A stretch of DNA of 64,000 nucleotides from a virus. Position 1 is the first letter of the stretch; every line of letters begins with the position of its first letter. The position numbers and the translations under genes were made by a program. The notes below the pieces were generated by a model that saw only the letters and a program-made list of their open reading frames with translations, ran no database searches and was not told the DNA's origin. Location of the stretch: positions 30,638 to 94,637 of IMG/VR virus record IMGVR_UViG_3300025875_000621, one strand, 5' to 3'. Shown here in pieces: positions 17,205 through 27,368 of this stretch.

Positions 17205-18994
17205 GGGGTGACCCAGGGGCTGCGGGCCCGCACCTCAGCCACGGGCGGCACGTCCGGCTCATGCTTGACGGCCGGGGGACGGGCGCCGCCGGCGGGGTCG
17301 TGGGCGGCCTGGGAGGCGCGTACGGCGTCCGCGTGGGGGCCGTCCATCCACGGGACGGTGCGGACCAGGGTGGGCGGGGCGCCGGAGGAGAACACCAGCG
17401 CCCTACCCTTCGCCAGGCTGGACAGCTCCTGCACGTCCAGCAGGCGCTCCGCGTGGGTGGAGCGGCTGGTGGTCCGCTGCCCCTTGGCGTAGGAGGTGGA
17501 GACGGTGGTGGGCCGCCACTCCGGGAGCAGCTGGGACAGCTCCTGCAGCCACTCCGTCTCCCGGACGCCGCCGCCGTAGATGAGCACGTTCGCCGCGGAC
17601 AGCAGCTTGCGCATGCCGTCCCGGCCCCACACCTCCACGCCCTGGGAGTAGGACTGCAGGATGGTCAGGATCAGGATGCCGCGGGAGCCGTAGTGGCTGT
17701 ACATGTCCGGGAGGTCCTTCCACCGGCACACGTTCGCAGCCTCGTCCAGGACGCACACACCGGGGATGGGGAGCCGGCCGCCGGGGCTCTCCTTGGCGTA
17801 CGCCTCCGCGGCCTCCGTGATCGACACGGTGAGCGCGGTGACCAGGGGGCCGGTGGAGCCCTCCCCCTCCCGGGACAGCAGGTGCAGGGTGTCCGCGGAG
17901 CGCACGAAGCGGGCGGGGGAGAACTGGCGGCGCCGGTCCCCCGCGGCGGGGGTGACCCAGCGGGCCGCGGCCCGGGAGGTCAGGAAGGAGCACATGCCCT
18001 TCGCGCCGCCGTACACGCCGTCCCGCTGCTTCGGGTTCAGGTTCACCATGCCCTCCAGGGCGGCGGCCTGCAGCGTGTAGCCCTGCCCGGACTTCCGGAG
18101 GATGACGGCGGGCTCATCGTCGGCGGGGGTGGTGAGCCACAGGTACACCTGGGTGATGGGCCGCTGGGCCACGGCGCAGGCCAGCAGCAGGTTCCCCAGC
18201 AGCTCCATGGCCGCGTTGTCGAAGTACGCGTCCGTGCGGGCGCCGACGTCCCGTGAGCTGGTGGCCCAGAGGCGGGCCAGCTTCTGGGCCTGCACCTCGT
18301 CCGTGACGTAGCTCAGCGGGTCCCACCACCAGGTGGGCTGCTCCCCCGCGATGCCCTGCGGATCGAACACCCAGACGTGGCCGTGCTCTCCGCGGGGGTC
18401 CCGGGTGGCGTCGCACAGGTCCCGCTTGTTACTGGTGGCCACCACCCAGCCGGGGGCGTTCAGCACCCAGGGGATGCCGTAGGCGGAGGACTTCACGGTG
18501 CGGGGCCCGGCGACCAGCAGGGCCACGTCCTCCACCCCGGCGTACAGGGGCTGCCCGCCGGCCACGGTGACGCCCAGGGGCTGGCCCACGTAGCCGTCCA
18601 CGCCCAGGCGGCGGGCGGTGGCGGTGGCGCCCTTACGGCTGAGGGCGCGGAGGTCCTTCCCGCGGCCCAGGTGTGCACCGGCGCGGTCCACGCTGGGCTT
18701 CTGGCCGCGGCGGGCCCACATGGTGAGAAGCAGCCCGCCCGCGCCCAGCAGCAGGGCGGCCAGGCCGATGCCCAGGGCCAGGGCGCGGGGCGGCCACGGG
18801 ACGGCGCCCTGGATGACGCCCAGGAGCAGGGCCACGGGGTTCCCGGGGAGCGCGGGCCCGCCGGGGGTGATCCACCAGCCCACGCGGGTCACCAGGTTCA
18901 CGCCCCCGACGACCAGGACCACCAGGCTGATGCCCGCCCAGAGCAGGACGGCCTCCGTGTTGCTGGCGCCGGAGCGGCGGCTGGTGACGCTCAC
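17201..18994 (-). CDS. virD4: type IV coupling protein (VirD4/TraG-like)
   Basis: N-terminal TMs, AGPRTVKS Walker A-like, TSNK, VFDPQ, VLDEAANV, LQSYSQG. Confidence 0.9.
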   Translation of the reverse strand: MSVTSRRSGASNTEAVLLWAGISLVVLVVGGVNLVTRVGWWITPGGPALPGNPVALLLGVIQGAVPWPPRALALGIGLAALLLGAGGLLLTMWARRGQKPSVDRAGAHLGRGKDLRALSRKGATATARRLGVDGYVGQPLGVTVAGGQPLYAGVEDVALLVAGPRTVKSSAYGIPWVLNAPGWVVATSNKRDLCDATRDPRGEHGHVWVFDPQGIAGEQPTWWWDPLSYVTDEVQAQKLARLWATSSRDVGARTDAYFDNAAMELLGNLLLACAVAQRPITQVYLWLTTPADDEPAVILRKSGQGYTLQAAALEGMVNLNPKQRDGVYGGAKGMCSFLTSRAAARWVTPAAGDRRRQFSPARFVRSADTLHLLSREGEGSTGPLVTALTVSITEAAEAYAKESPGGRLPIPGVCVLDEAANVCRWKDLPDMYSHYGSRGILILTILQSYSQGVEVWGRDGMRKLLSAANVLIYGGGVRETEWLQELSQLLPEWRPTTVSTSYAKGQRTTSRSTHAERLLDVQELSSLAKGRALVFSSGAPPTLVRTVPWMDGPHADAVRASQAAHDPAGGARPPAVKHEPDVPPVAEVRARSPWVTP

Positions 18995-19875
18995 TGCCGC
19001 GCCCCGTGGTGGCGGGGGGCGTGCGCGTTCTGCCCGGACGGCCGGGCGGGGCCGGTGCCGCGGTGCAGGGCGCGGGCCCGCGGGTCCACGGGCTCCTCCT
19101 CCGGGATCACCCCAGCGTCCCGCAGCCAGTCGTGCGCGCACATGACGTGCTCCGTGACGGAGTTCATCACCTCACGCCACTGGCCCATGATGCGCTGGCC
19201 GGCGGCTTCCACCTGCTCCTGCCACGTCGGCCCCGCTGGCGGGAACGGCACGTCCAGCGCGCGGGCCAGGTACTCCTGGGTGCGCTGGCGGACCTGCTCC
19301 TGCATCTCCCACTGGACGGGGCGGGCGTACGGGACGTCCGGGCGACGGACCAGGGCGGGCAGGTCCTCCGGGATGGTCAGGGTGCCGTGGTACTCCGCAG
19401 GCAGCGGGATGGGCCGCTCTGGCTGCGTGGGGATGCGCGGCTCCGCGGCGGGCTCCAGCTGCGGCATCTGGACGGCGGGCAGGTTCTGCAGCCAGGAGTG
19501 CTGCACAGGCTCATCCACGATCAGGACGGGTGGGCGGGGCGCGGGCCGCGGCCGCCGGGGGACGGTCAGCAGCTGCAGCACCTGGCCGTCCCGGGTGAGG
19601 TAGTAGTGCGCCAGCAGCTCCCAGGAGTCCGGGCGGCGTTCCACGGATGCCAGCTCCATGCCCAGCAGGGGCCACGGGCGGTGCGGCGGCCGGTCCCATG
19701 CGGTCACCAGCGGGTTCCCGTAGGAGTCCACGTCCACCGGCCGGTCATCCTCAGCCAGGGCGGGGGTCCAGGTGGCCGCGTCGTACGTGGCGTCCCAGTC
19801 CGGGTCCGGCTGCTCTCCCTCCGCCAGCAGGGCGTCCAGCTCCGCCAGCAGGTCCTCCGTGCGGTCCGCGCTCAC
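18991..19875 (-). CDS. phage-type hypothetical protein between virB4 and virD4
   Basis: AAGGAGG RBS, GTGA coupling at both ends. Confidence 0.55.
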   Translation of the reverse strand: MSADRTEDLLAELDALLAEGEQPDPDWDATYDAATWTPALAEDDRPVDVDSYGNPLVTAWDRPPHRPWPLLGMELASVERRPDSWELLAHYYLTRDGQVLQLLTVPRRPRPAPRPPVLIVDEPVQHSWLQNLPAVQMPQLEPAAEPRIPTQPERPIPLPAEYHGTLTIPEDLPALVRRPDVPYARPVQWEMQEQVRQRTQEYLARALDVPFPPAGPTWQEQVEAAGQRIMGQWREVMNSVTEHVMCAHDWLRDAGVIPEEEPVDPRARALHRGTGPARPSGQNAHAPRHHGARQ

Positions 19876-21419
19876 GCCGCGGCCTCCTTCTGTAGCTGCA
19901 CCGGGGCGGTGGTCCACCGGTGGTTCGTGTTGTTCAGGGCCAGCTCCGTCCGGGTGAGCACCACCTGCACGGGGATGCCCGGCCGGCCGCCCACCTTCAC
20001 CAGGAACTTCCCGCGGCCGGGCGGGGGCTCCTCCCGGCCCGCGGCCTGGTTCCAGGCCGGGGGGTCCGTCCAAGAGACCAGCACCTCCTCCTCCGCGGCG
20101 GAGAGCCCCACCACGTTCCGCAGCATGGGCATCTCACTGGCGGGGAGCCCGGCGCAGACGACCATGCCGGAGGCGGCCACCAGCTGGCGGGCCATGGCGC
20201 GGTCTGCCTCATCCGGCAGGGTCTCCAGGTCCTCCATGCTGTGGGTGATGGACAGCTGGCCGGTGCCCCGCTGGCGGTTCAGCTTGGACAGGGCGCTGAC
20301 GCGGCGGACCATGCCGCGGCCGGCGCGCAGCGGGCGCCACAGTTCGTCCTGGACGGTGAAGTAGCGGCGCTGGGGCTCCAGCCCGGCGTCCGCCAGGGCG
20401 TGCGCGATGTTGACCATCCCGAACCCGGCGGACCAGCACGCCAGGAGGAGCGCGGCCTGCAGGTCCTCCTGGGAGTCATCCACGCTGGACACGTCGAACA
20501 CCAGGGGCCGGTCACGGCGCAGCGGGGTGGTGGTCTGCTGGGAGAACACCTCCCCGAACACGCCGCCGCACAGGCCCACCAGGGTGGCCTCCAGCGGCTC
20601 CGTGATCTGCAGGTACCGCTCCGTGCTGCCTCTGTCGATCGCCACCTCCCGCACCTCCGGGGGTGCGGACCGGATGACGCGGAGCAGGTCGTGCAGGGTG
20701 GGGATGCCCTGGTGGTCCCGGTCCAGGACGCGCAGCGCCCGGTCCACGATGGACTCCTCACGGTCTGTGGGGGGCGCGGACCGCCGGATGGTGACCAGGG
20801 CGGAGACCATGGTGACGCGGCGGCCGTGCGCGTCCGCCACGATCTGGGCGCGGTACTGGCGCAGCTCCGCGGCGCGGGCGGTGTCCCCGTCTGTCTCCGC
20901 GGCCGCGGCGGCGGTCTCCAGCAGCTCCGCCGCGGCGGTGGCCTCTCCGGGGTCCAGGACGTTGATGCTGCCGCGGCCCAGGCCCAGGGACAGGACCTGG
21001 CCGCCCATGGCCCGGATGGGCGCCACGTAGTCCGGTTTCAGGTCTCCCAGCACCAGGGGGATGACCCCGCACGCGTCCAGGCCGATGATCCAGCGGCGGC
21101 CCACGGTGGACTTCCCCAGGCCGGGCTTCCCCAGGATGAACGCGGACGGGTTGCTGATGAGGTTGGCCCGCTGGAACCAGGCGATGGGGTCACAGCAGAC
21201 GGTGGCGCCTCCACCGCCGCCCAGGTGACGGCCCAGGGGCACGCCGATGAGGGGGGTGCCGGCGCCCACGGACCAGGGGTACAGGCCGTTCACCTGGACG
21301 GTGGTGCCGCGGAACTCGTCCGCGGGCTGCAGGTAGGTGGCCTCTCCGCGGCCGTGGCCCTTCCAGCCGCGGGGGCCGGGCAGGGGGGCGGTGGCGGGCT
21401 TCTTCTTCCGGCCGATCAC
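19872..21419 (-). CDS. virB4: VirB4-like conjugation ATPase
   Basis: GKPGLGKST Walker A, GDLKPDY, QDELWR, ITHS. Confidence 0.88.
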   Translation of the reverse strand: MIGRKKKPATAPLPGPRGWKGHGRGEATYLQPADEFRGTTVQVNGLYPWSVGAGTPLIGVPLGRHLGGGGGATVCCDPIAWFQRANLISNPSAFILGKPGLGKSTVGRRWIIGLDACGVIPLVLGDLKPDYVAPIRAMGGQVLSLGLGRGSINVLDPGEATAAAELLETAAAAAETDGDTARAAELRQYRAQIVADAHGRRVTMVSALVTIRRSAPPTDREESIVDRALRVLDRDHQGIPTLHDLLRVIRSAPPEVREVAIDRGSTERYLQITEPLEATLVGLCGGVFGEVFSQQTTTPLRRDRPLVFDVSSVDDSQEDLQAALLLACWSAGFGMVNIAHALADAGLEPQRRYFTVQDELWRPLRAGRGMVRRVSALSKLNRQRGTGQLSITHSMEDLETLPDEADRAMARQLVAASGMVVCAGLPASEMPMLRNVVGLSAAEEEVLVSWTDPPAWNQAAGREEPPPGRGKFLVKVGGRPGIPVQVVLTRTELALNNTNHRWTTAPVQLQKEAAA

Positions 21420-22978
21420 AGGGACTCCCGGATGACGGAGGGCAGGGCCAGGTGGTCCGGCAGGACCAGGCCCAGGGGCAGGGCGGCGGAGAACGCGGAG
21501 TCCTGGGAGCCGGTGACGGGGCGGAGGGTGATGCGGGCGGTGGCGGACAGGTTGTCCACCGCGGCGCGGGCGTCCTCCACGCGGAGCGCCAGGTGCTCCT
21601 CCGGGGTGCGCCAGGACTCCTGCTCCTCCCAGCGCCAGCGGGCGGGGGTGTCCAGGATGGTGGCGGTCACGACCAGCCCGAAGTTCACCAGGCCGGCGCC
21701 GCGCGCCTCCTCCTTCGCGGACTTGTCCGCGGACTCCTTCGCCGCCAGGTTCCGGGCGGAGGGCCGTTCCACGCTGGCGCGGGCGTCCGCGTTCTGCTTG
21801 TCCAGCTCCACGATGCGGGCGGCGCGGGCGGAGTCCATGGGCCGGTACAGCAGGGTGACGCGCTTCCGGTCCACGGACGTGTGCGGGGACAGCAGCTCCT
21901 GCAGCACGGAGTCATACACCTCTCCGCGGGGGGCCTGGGACATGGACCAGGTGACGGACACGGCGCCGTCGTGCCGGTAGTAGGGGACGGCGGCGTGGTG
22001 TCCGGCGGGGCCCACGTCCTGCCAGCGCAACTCCACGGGCTCACCGCTGGCGCGGGCCTCATCGAACACGGGCCCGGACCGGGGGTCGTACGCCGTGCGG
22101 ATCACCTCGCACAGCTCCGCGGCGGAGAGGGGCCGCGCTGCGCCGGCGCCGGTGGTGTGGAGCCCGGCGGCCAGGTTCGGGATGCGGGACGCCAGGTCCC
22201 GGGCCACCTCCTCCGCGTTCCGGCGCTTCCCCCCGGTGCGGGTGGCGGCGGTGAACGTGAGCGCCACCCAGGCCCGGGTGCTGGCCTGCCCCGCCGGGTA
22301 GCTGGTGACGATCTCCTCCAGGACGGTGTGGGACAGCCGCGGCGGGCCCTGCAGGTTGCTGCGCACCTCCGTGCGGAGGCGGGTGCCGGTGTCCGGGGCG
22401 GTCTCCACGGTGACGGAGGCCGCGGTCAGGCCGGGCTCATCACCCAGGCTGGCCATGTAGCCGCCCCAGTTGGCCACGTACCGGGTGACCTGCTCCCGGT
22501 CCACCAGCTGCGCGCCGTTCGGTTCGCACTCCAGCACCACGGTGAAGTGGCCGGTGGCGGGGACGTGGAGGAGTGCGAACGGGTGGCCGTAGGAGTCCCG
22601 GCCCTCTGAGAGGCGGGACGGGGCGGCCAGGCCGGGCAGCTGGAAGGTGCCCCAGTCCGTGCGTCCCAGCGGGCCGGAGCGGTACAGGTGGGAGCCGGAG
22701 CGGCGGGCGCGGCGGGAGCCCACGCTGGCGCCGATGCGCTGGAGGCCGGAGCGGTGGTGCCGGTCCCGGAGGGTGAGCGCGCCCAGGAACAGGGCCACCA
22801 GACCGGCCAGCACCAGGGCGGGGATGATGCCGGCCAGGGACAGGGTGAGGATGACCAGCACGCAGGCGCCCAGGAGGACGTAGGTGCCCAGGCGGCCCAG
22901 GTGCCCGATGCCGGGGGTCTCTGGGCGCCGGTAGTTCCCGTGGGTGGGCCGGTCCTGGACGGTGCTACTTGCTGCCAC
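21416..22978 (-). CDS. SCO6880-family conjugation membrane protein
   Basis: GNYRRP...YRSGPLG...LPGLAA...TVETAPDTG...W.DVGP...FSAALPLG. Confidence 0.85.
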   Translation of the reverse strand: MAASSTVQDRPTHGNYRRPETPGIGHLGRLGTYVLLGACVLVILTLSLAGIIPALVLAGLVALFLGALTLRDRHHRSGLQRIGASVGSRRARRSGSHLYRSGPLGRTDWGTFQLPGLAAPSRLSEGRDSYGHPFALLHVPATGHFTVVLECEPNGAQLVDREQVTRYVANWGGYMASLGDEPGLTAASVTVETAPDTGTRLRTEVRSNLQGPPRLSHTVLEEIVTSYPAGQASTRAWVALTFTAATRTGGKRRNAEEVARDLASRIPNLAAGLHTTGAGAARPLSAAELCEVIRTAYDPRSGPVFDEARASGEPVELRWQDVGPAGHHAAVPYYRHDGAVSVTWSMSQAPRGEVYDSVLQELLSPHTSVDRKRVTLLYRPMDSARAARIVELDKQNADARASVERPSARNLAAKESADKSAKEEARGAGLVNFGLVVTATILDTPARWRWEEQESWRTPEEHLALRVEDARAAVDNLSATARITLRPVTGSQDSAFSAALPLGLVLPDHLALPSVIRESL

Positions 22979-24182
22979 TGGGTCCTCCGTCGTCGTCCTG
23001 GTCGGGTGCGCCAGCGCCGCTGGCGGTGTTCTGGCCCAGCACCTGCGCCACGGCGGCGCCGCGGGTGAGGGTGGCCACCCCGCCGCCTGCTGCCGTACCG
23101 CTGCCCCCGGGTCCACCGCTGGGGCCTCCGCTGGGGCCTCCGCCGCCGGCGGTGGGGGAGCCGGACGGGCCGGGGCCGCCGGGTGCGCCCGGGGCGCCAG
23201 GTCCACCGGTGCCGCCGGCTGCTGCTCCCCGGGTGGCGCCGCGGGGGACCACGGCGGAGCCGGAGGGCATGGCCATGGCCGCCACGGTGCCCGCGGCCGC
23301 TAGGCCACCGCCGCCGCCACCGGACACGGCGGACACGGCGGGCACCATCAGCCGGAGCAGGGCGGGCAGAGCCAGCAGGGACAGGAAGTGGAGCGCGATG
23401 CCGGAGGTGGACTCCGTGAGCTTGTCCCCGCCGTCCGCGTTCCCCACCATCTGGAAGCTGGCCGCGTAGATGGTGGCCGCGGTGGGCTTGTACAGCGTGA
23501 ACGCCAGCAGCCAGCCAGTGATCTTGTCGAACCAGTTACGGCCTATGGCCGTGTTCGTGGCCGCGGCGGACAGCTGCCAGGACCCGGCCAGCAGGACCAG
23601 CAGCCCCCCGCGGGCCACCAGCAGGATGATCTGCACCACGTTGATGACCAGGGCCGTGAGCGCCACCCCGATGATGATGATGACGGTCATGGTGGCGTTC
23701 TCCACGTCCCCGGGGCCCAGGTTCAGCATGGCCACCAGGTCCTCCCCGAAGTTGTCCGTGGACCGGCCCAGAATCCAGGTGGAGTACGCCTCCCCCGCGG
23801 TGATGCACAGCTGCAGCACGGTGAGCCCGGCGCCGGAGACGGCGATGAGCCGGGCCAGGGACTGCACCAGCTGCTTCCCGGGTTCCGCGCGGCGCTCCAG
23901 GGCCATGCGTATGGCGGCCACCAGGACGGAGAGCACGGCCACGGACAGGACCAGCCACCGCAGGGACCCCTCCAGGAAGTTCACCGTGCCGGAGGCGTCC
24001 CCGCCGCCGGGACCGGGGGTGGCCACCTCCGGGGTGGGGGCGCTCATCCAGAAGGTGGCCAGTGAGGTGGTGGCCTGGCCCAGGCCGGCGATGAGCTTGT
24101 TCGCCAGGTCTGTGAACGCGTCATCCAGCGCGGCGCTGGCCTTGCAGCCGAAGTCCACCAGGCCGCAGTCCGGCTCAGGCAC
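22965..24182 (-). CDS. VirB6/TrbL-like polytopic membrane protein
   Basis: multiple TMs, WLLAFTLYKP, Gly-rich tail. Confidence 0.8.
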   Translation of the reverse strand: MPEPDCGLVDFGCKASAALDDAFTDLANKLIAGLGQATTSLATFWMSAPTPEVATPGPGGGDASGTVNFLEGSLRWLVLSVAVLSVLVAAIRMALERRAEPGKQLVQSLARLIAVSGAGLTVLQLCITAGEAYSTWILGRSTDNFGEDLVAMLNLGPGDVENATMTVIIIIGVALTALVINVVQIILLVARGGLLVLLAGSWQLSAAATNTAIGRNWFDKITGWLLAFTLYKPTAATIYAASFQMVGNADGGDKLTESTSGIALHFLSLLALPALLRLMVPAVSAVSGGGGGGLAAAGTVAAMAMPSGSAVVPRGATRGAAAGGTGGPGAPGAPGGPGPSGSPTAGGGGPSGGPSGGPGGSGTAAGGGVATLTRGAAVAQVLGQNTASGAGAPDQDDDGGPSGSK

Positions 24183-24953
24183 TCAGGCCCCCCACGGCAC
24201 GTAGCCGGTCAGGGACGGCAGCTGCCCGGCGCGGCCGGCCACGTCTCCGTCTGCGGGGAGGTCCACGCGCCAGTCCCCGTCCTCCCAGATGAGGGAGAGG
24301 GGAACGGAGGCCAGGCCGGCGGAGCTGGAGCCGCGGACGGCCAGGCTGAGGCTGGCCACGTCCTCCGTGTAGGAGGTGACCCGGAACCCGGCCAGCTGGT
24401 AGCGGGCGCCGGTGCCGGTGACCCGCTGCGGGTCATCCTCCAGCTGGTCCAGCAGGGCCTGCCGGCCGGGGCCGGTGGTCATGGTGTCCACGGCCGCGGG
24501 CAGCTGACGGGCGTCCGTGGTGGCGCCCAGGAAGCTGGCCGCTGCGTACAGGGCGCCCTCCGGGGTGCGCGCGAAGCAGGAGCGGAGCCCGGTGGCCGGG
24601 TCCACCTGGCCGGGCCCGGCGGCGTCCGGGTTGCTGGGGACGGCCAGGAAGCCGACCAGCTCCCACTGCCCGCCGGCGGGCGGGGTCATGGGCACGGTCT
24701 GGGGGCCTGCGGGCTGCGCGCAGTCCCCGGGCTGGGCGTCCGGTGCGCCGGTGGCCGGGGCGGGCGCCACGGCCGTGGGCACGGGGGCGTTCTGCGGGTC
24801 CTTCCCCAGGAACACGGTGTACAGCCCCAGCAGGACCACGGCCAGGAGGACCGTGCCGGCCAGGTAGCCGGTGCCGGGGTGGTGCCAGGCGCGGCGGAGC
24901 GTGCCGGGGCGCTCCGCCTCCTTCTCCGGGGTGTCCGGCTGGGTGCGGGTCAT
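24183..24953 (-). CDS. VirB8-like conjugation protein
   Basis: single TM, CFARTPEGALYAA, LIWEDGDWRV. Confidence 0.7.
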   Translation of the reverse strand: MTRTQPDTPEKEAERPGTLRRAWHHPGTGYLAGTVLLAVVLLGLYTVFLGKDPQNAPVPTAVAPAPATGAPDAQPGDCAQPAGPQTVPMTPPAGGQWELVGFLAVPSNPDAAGPGQVDPATGLRSCFARTPEGALYAAASFLGATTDARQLPAAVDTMTTGPGRQALLDQLEDDPQRVTGTGARYQLAGFRVTSYTEDVASLSLAVRGSSSAGLASVPLSLIWEDGDWRVDLPADGDVAGRAGQLPSLTGYVPWGA

Positions 24954-25225
24954 CAGAGGAGCGCCGTCACCAGCGGGCCCGCGGAGCTGCCGATGATCGC
25001 GGCGCCCATGACCCAGCCCAGGGAGCCGGCGTGCTTACCGCCCTCCCCGTGCTTGTGCTGCAGGGCCATGAGGATGGCGGTCACGATGACGCCGATCACG
25101 CAGGCGATGGTGAGGCCCCAGGCCAGGTAGCCCAGGCCGGTGTCCACCCCCTCCATGCCGTCCGGCCGGACAGGGGTGGGCTGCTCCACAGCCAGCACGG
25201 TGAGGGTGTGCAGGGTGTCACGCAC
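24953..25225 (-). CDS. VirB2/pilin-like protein
   Basis: small, two TM helices, position in the tra operon. Confidence 0.7.
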   Translation of the reverse strand: MRDTLHTLTVLAVEQPTPVRPDGMEGVDTGLGYLAWGLTIACVIGVIVTAILMALQHKHGEGGKHAGSLGWVMGAAIIGSSAGPLVTALL

Positions 25226-25811
25226 GGGGTGCCTCCTGGGCGGTGATGGGGTTGACCAGGGCGGAGACGTCCTGGAGTAGGTGGCGGACGGGGCGTGGCT
25301 GGGTGCGGGGCTGCTCACCCACGCGCCACTCCTCCATCCACGGGAGCCGCCAGACCCGGGGGACTCCCCCGGTGATGAGGGCGGCCAGCTCCTGCAGCGG
25401 CCGCGGGAGGCGGCCGGGGGCGTCTGCCAGCAGGACCAGGCCCAGCAGGTCCTGCTGCAGGGCCGGGACGCCGCGCCCGGCCCACTGGCGGGCGGCGGCC
25501 TGGGCGGCGGTGAGCCCGGCCAGACTGGTGCGGGCCACCAACAGGGTGGGGACCGGGATGCCGGGCCAGGTGCGCTCCCCGTCGTAGCCGTCCAGCAGGC
25601 CGGAGAGAGTGGTGACCCCGGCTCCGCCGTGCGCGCCGGTGAGCCACAGCCTCACGGGCTCCTGGTGGAACACCTGCTGGACGCGCAGCGGGCCGGGCAT
25701 GGTGACCAGCGGACCGTGCGGCGTGGTGGGGCCGGTGGCGGGGGCCGCGGGGGGCTCCTCCGCCACCGGCTCTACCGTCTCTGCTGGGCGGGTCAGCCAC
25801 GGGTTCGTCAT
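25218..25811 (-). CDS. DUF6668-like protein
   Basis: GAHGGAGVTTL, LVART..GL.AAQ, DAPGRLPRPL, LPW..EWR. Confidence 0.75.
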   Translation of the reverse strand: MTNPWLTRPAETVEPVAEEPPAAPATGPTTPHGPLVTMPGPLRVQQVFHQEPVRLWLTGAHGGAGVTTLSGLLDGYDGERTWPGIPVPTLLVARTSLAGLTAAQAAARQWAGRGVPALQQDLLGLVLLADAPGRLPRPLQELAALITGGVPRVWRLPWMEEWRVGEQPRTQPRPVRHLLQDVSALVNPITAQEAPRA

Positions 25812-25831
25812 GCCGCGCTCCCCCCGGTTAG

Positions 25832-25879
25832 CAACTGGTGACGGTCGGTGCCGCCTCCGTGACTTTATCCCAGCTAACG
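25832..25879 (-). promoter_or_regulatory. tra promoter boxes shared with 28995-29053
   Basis: ATCCCAGCTAACG at 25867-25879; CACCGACCGTCACCAGTTG on the minus strand at 25832-25850. Confidence 0.55.
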
Positions 25880-25899
25880 CCACGCGCAACAGTGCCAGC

Positions 25900-27339
25900 T
25901 CAGAGACCGCGGGAGACTTCCGCGGCCACCTGCAGCCACGCGTACCGGCTGCGCGGGCTCATCGCCTGGTAGTCGATGGGCCGGCCACCGGCCAGGGCCG
26001 CGTCCGGGGGCACCTCCACCACGGCGCGGGTGAGCTTCCCGAAGTGGGAGTGCACGCGGCGTGCCAGGTCCCGCTGCGCCCGGACCCGCTCACCGACGGC
26101 GGCGGCGGTCTCCGCGCGGACCAGGATGGTGACCGCGTTCCGCACCAGGTCCACCCGCCCGGCGTCCAGCAGCTGCTCCAGCATGAACGCGGCGTGGTCC
26201 ACCGTGTCCTCTCCCAGGGACATGGGGACCACCAGCTGGTGGGCGGCGCTGACCGCGGCCTGCCAGACGGGCGCGATGGAGGAGTTCCCGGTGTCCACGA
26301 TCACCAGGCGGTAGAAGCGGGACACCAGGCCGTGGACATGGCCGAACCCGTCCGCGTCCACGGCGTCCCGCAGGCTGGGGTCCTCCGTGGAGGCCAGGAC
26401 GTCGAAGTGCTGATCCCCCTGCGGGCGCACGTAGTTGTCCAGGTCCCCCATGCGCGCGTTCGGGCCGGTGAAGCGGGGCAGGTCCCGCAGCAGGTCCACC
26501 GCGGTGTTCTTCTGCTCCGGGTTGGCCATGGCCCGCAGTCCCAGCGTGCCCCTGTTCTCGTTGGCGTCCCAGGCCAGAACTCCGCCGCCGCGGTGCTGAC
26601 CCAGGGTGGCGGCCAGCGCCAGAACGGTGGTCGTCTTGGGCGCTCCGCCCTTCGGGTTCGCCACCACGATGGTGCGGGGCCCGTCGTAGGACCGCTGCAC
26701 GGTCTGGACGTTCCGCCTCCAGGTCATCTCTGCGCGGGAGGGGCTGGGCTTCACCAGGCCGCCGGTGCCGCGGCGGACGGCACCCTGCCAGCCCTGCTGC
26801 GCGTGCTCCGGGCGGCGGGGCGGCTGGGTGGCCTGCCAGTCCCGGTGGGTGGGGAGCGCGTCCGGGGCGGTCTCCGCGGGTGCCGGTGCCGGCTCCTCCT
26901 CCGGCGCGTGGCGGGGGCGGCCCACCAGGGGGTCCAGCTCCCCCAGCGTGGAGTGCCGGGTCCCCGGGGCCTGGTCACCGGCCCGCCAGACGGGCTCCTG
27001 GGGCAGCGGGTCTGTGCGAACTCGCACAGACCCGGCGGCCTCCGCCGTCCCCGGCCGGGCTGGGGGCTCCAGCCCGGCCTCCTCCACGCGGCCGTCCGGG
27101 TGCACGTACAGCACCCAGGCGCCGGCCGGGTCGTAGGTGTCCACGCGGACGGCGCGCTGCAGCTCCACGGCCACGTCCTTCACGTGGTCCAGGGCGCTGG
27201 TGCGGGCGGTGGCCACGTCCGGCGCTGCCACCGGGCGGTCCGGGCGGCCGGGCATGCTCACCTCACCGGTGCCGTCCTCCCGGACGGTGGCGGTGATGCG
27301 CGGCCAGGTGGGGATGGTGGCGGGGGTGGGCGTGGGCAT
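25900..27339 (-). CDS. MinD/ParA-like ATPase
   Basis: ANPKGGAPKTT, WDANENRGTL, IVDTGN; CTGAGGAGG RBS. Confidence 0.85.
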   Translation of the reverse strand: MPTPTPATIPTWPRITATVREDGTGEVSMPGRPDRPVAAPDVATARTSALDHVKDVAVELQRAVRVDTYDPAGAWVLYVHPDGRVEEAGLEPPARPGTAEAAGSVRVRTDPLPQEPVWRAGDQAPGTRHSTLGELDPLVGRPRHAPEEEPAPAPAETAPDALPTHRDWQATQPPRRPEHAQQGWQGAVRRGTGGLVKPSPSRAEMTWRRNVQTVQRSYDGPRTIVVANPKGGAPKTTTVLALAATLGQHRGGGVLAWDANENRGTLGLRAMANPEQKNTAVDLLRDLPRFTGPNARMGDLDNYVRPQGDQHFDVLASTEDPSLRDAVDADGFGHVHGLVSRFYRLVIVDTGNSSIAPVWQAAVSAAHQLVVPMSLGEDTVDHAAFMLEQLLDAGRVDLVRNAVTILVRAETAAAVGERVRAQRDLARRVHSHFGKLTRAVVEVPPDAALAGGRPIDYQAMSPRSRYAWLQVAAEVSRGL

Positions 27340-27368
27340 GGGGTCCTCCTCAGGTGGGGTGATGCGGG

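Noticed and set aside
14050-17262. 1070-aa minus-strand ORF and many other long overlapping ORFs (e.g. 10500-12587, 19920-21980, 29991-31694)
   Set aside because: Pro/Arg/Gly-rich shadow frames opposite genes with clear family motifs, expected at this GC content.
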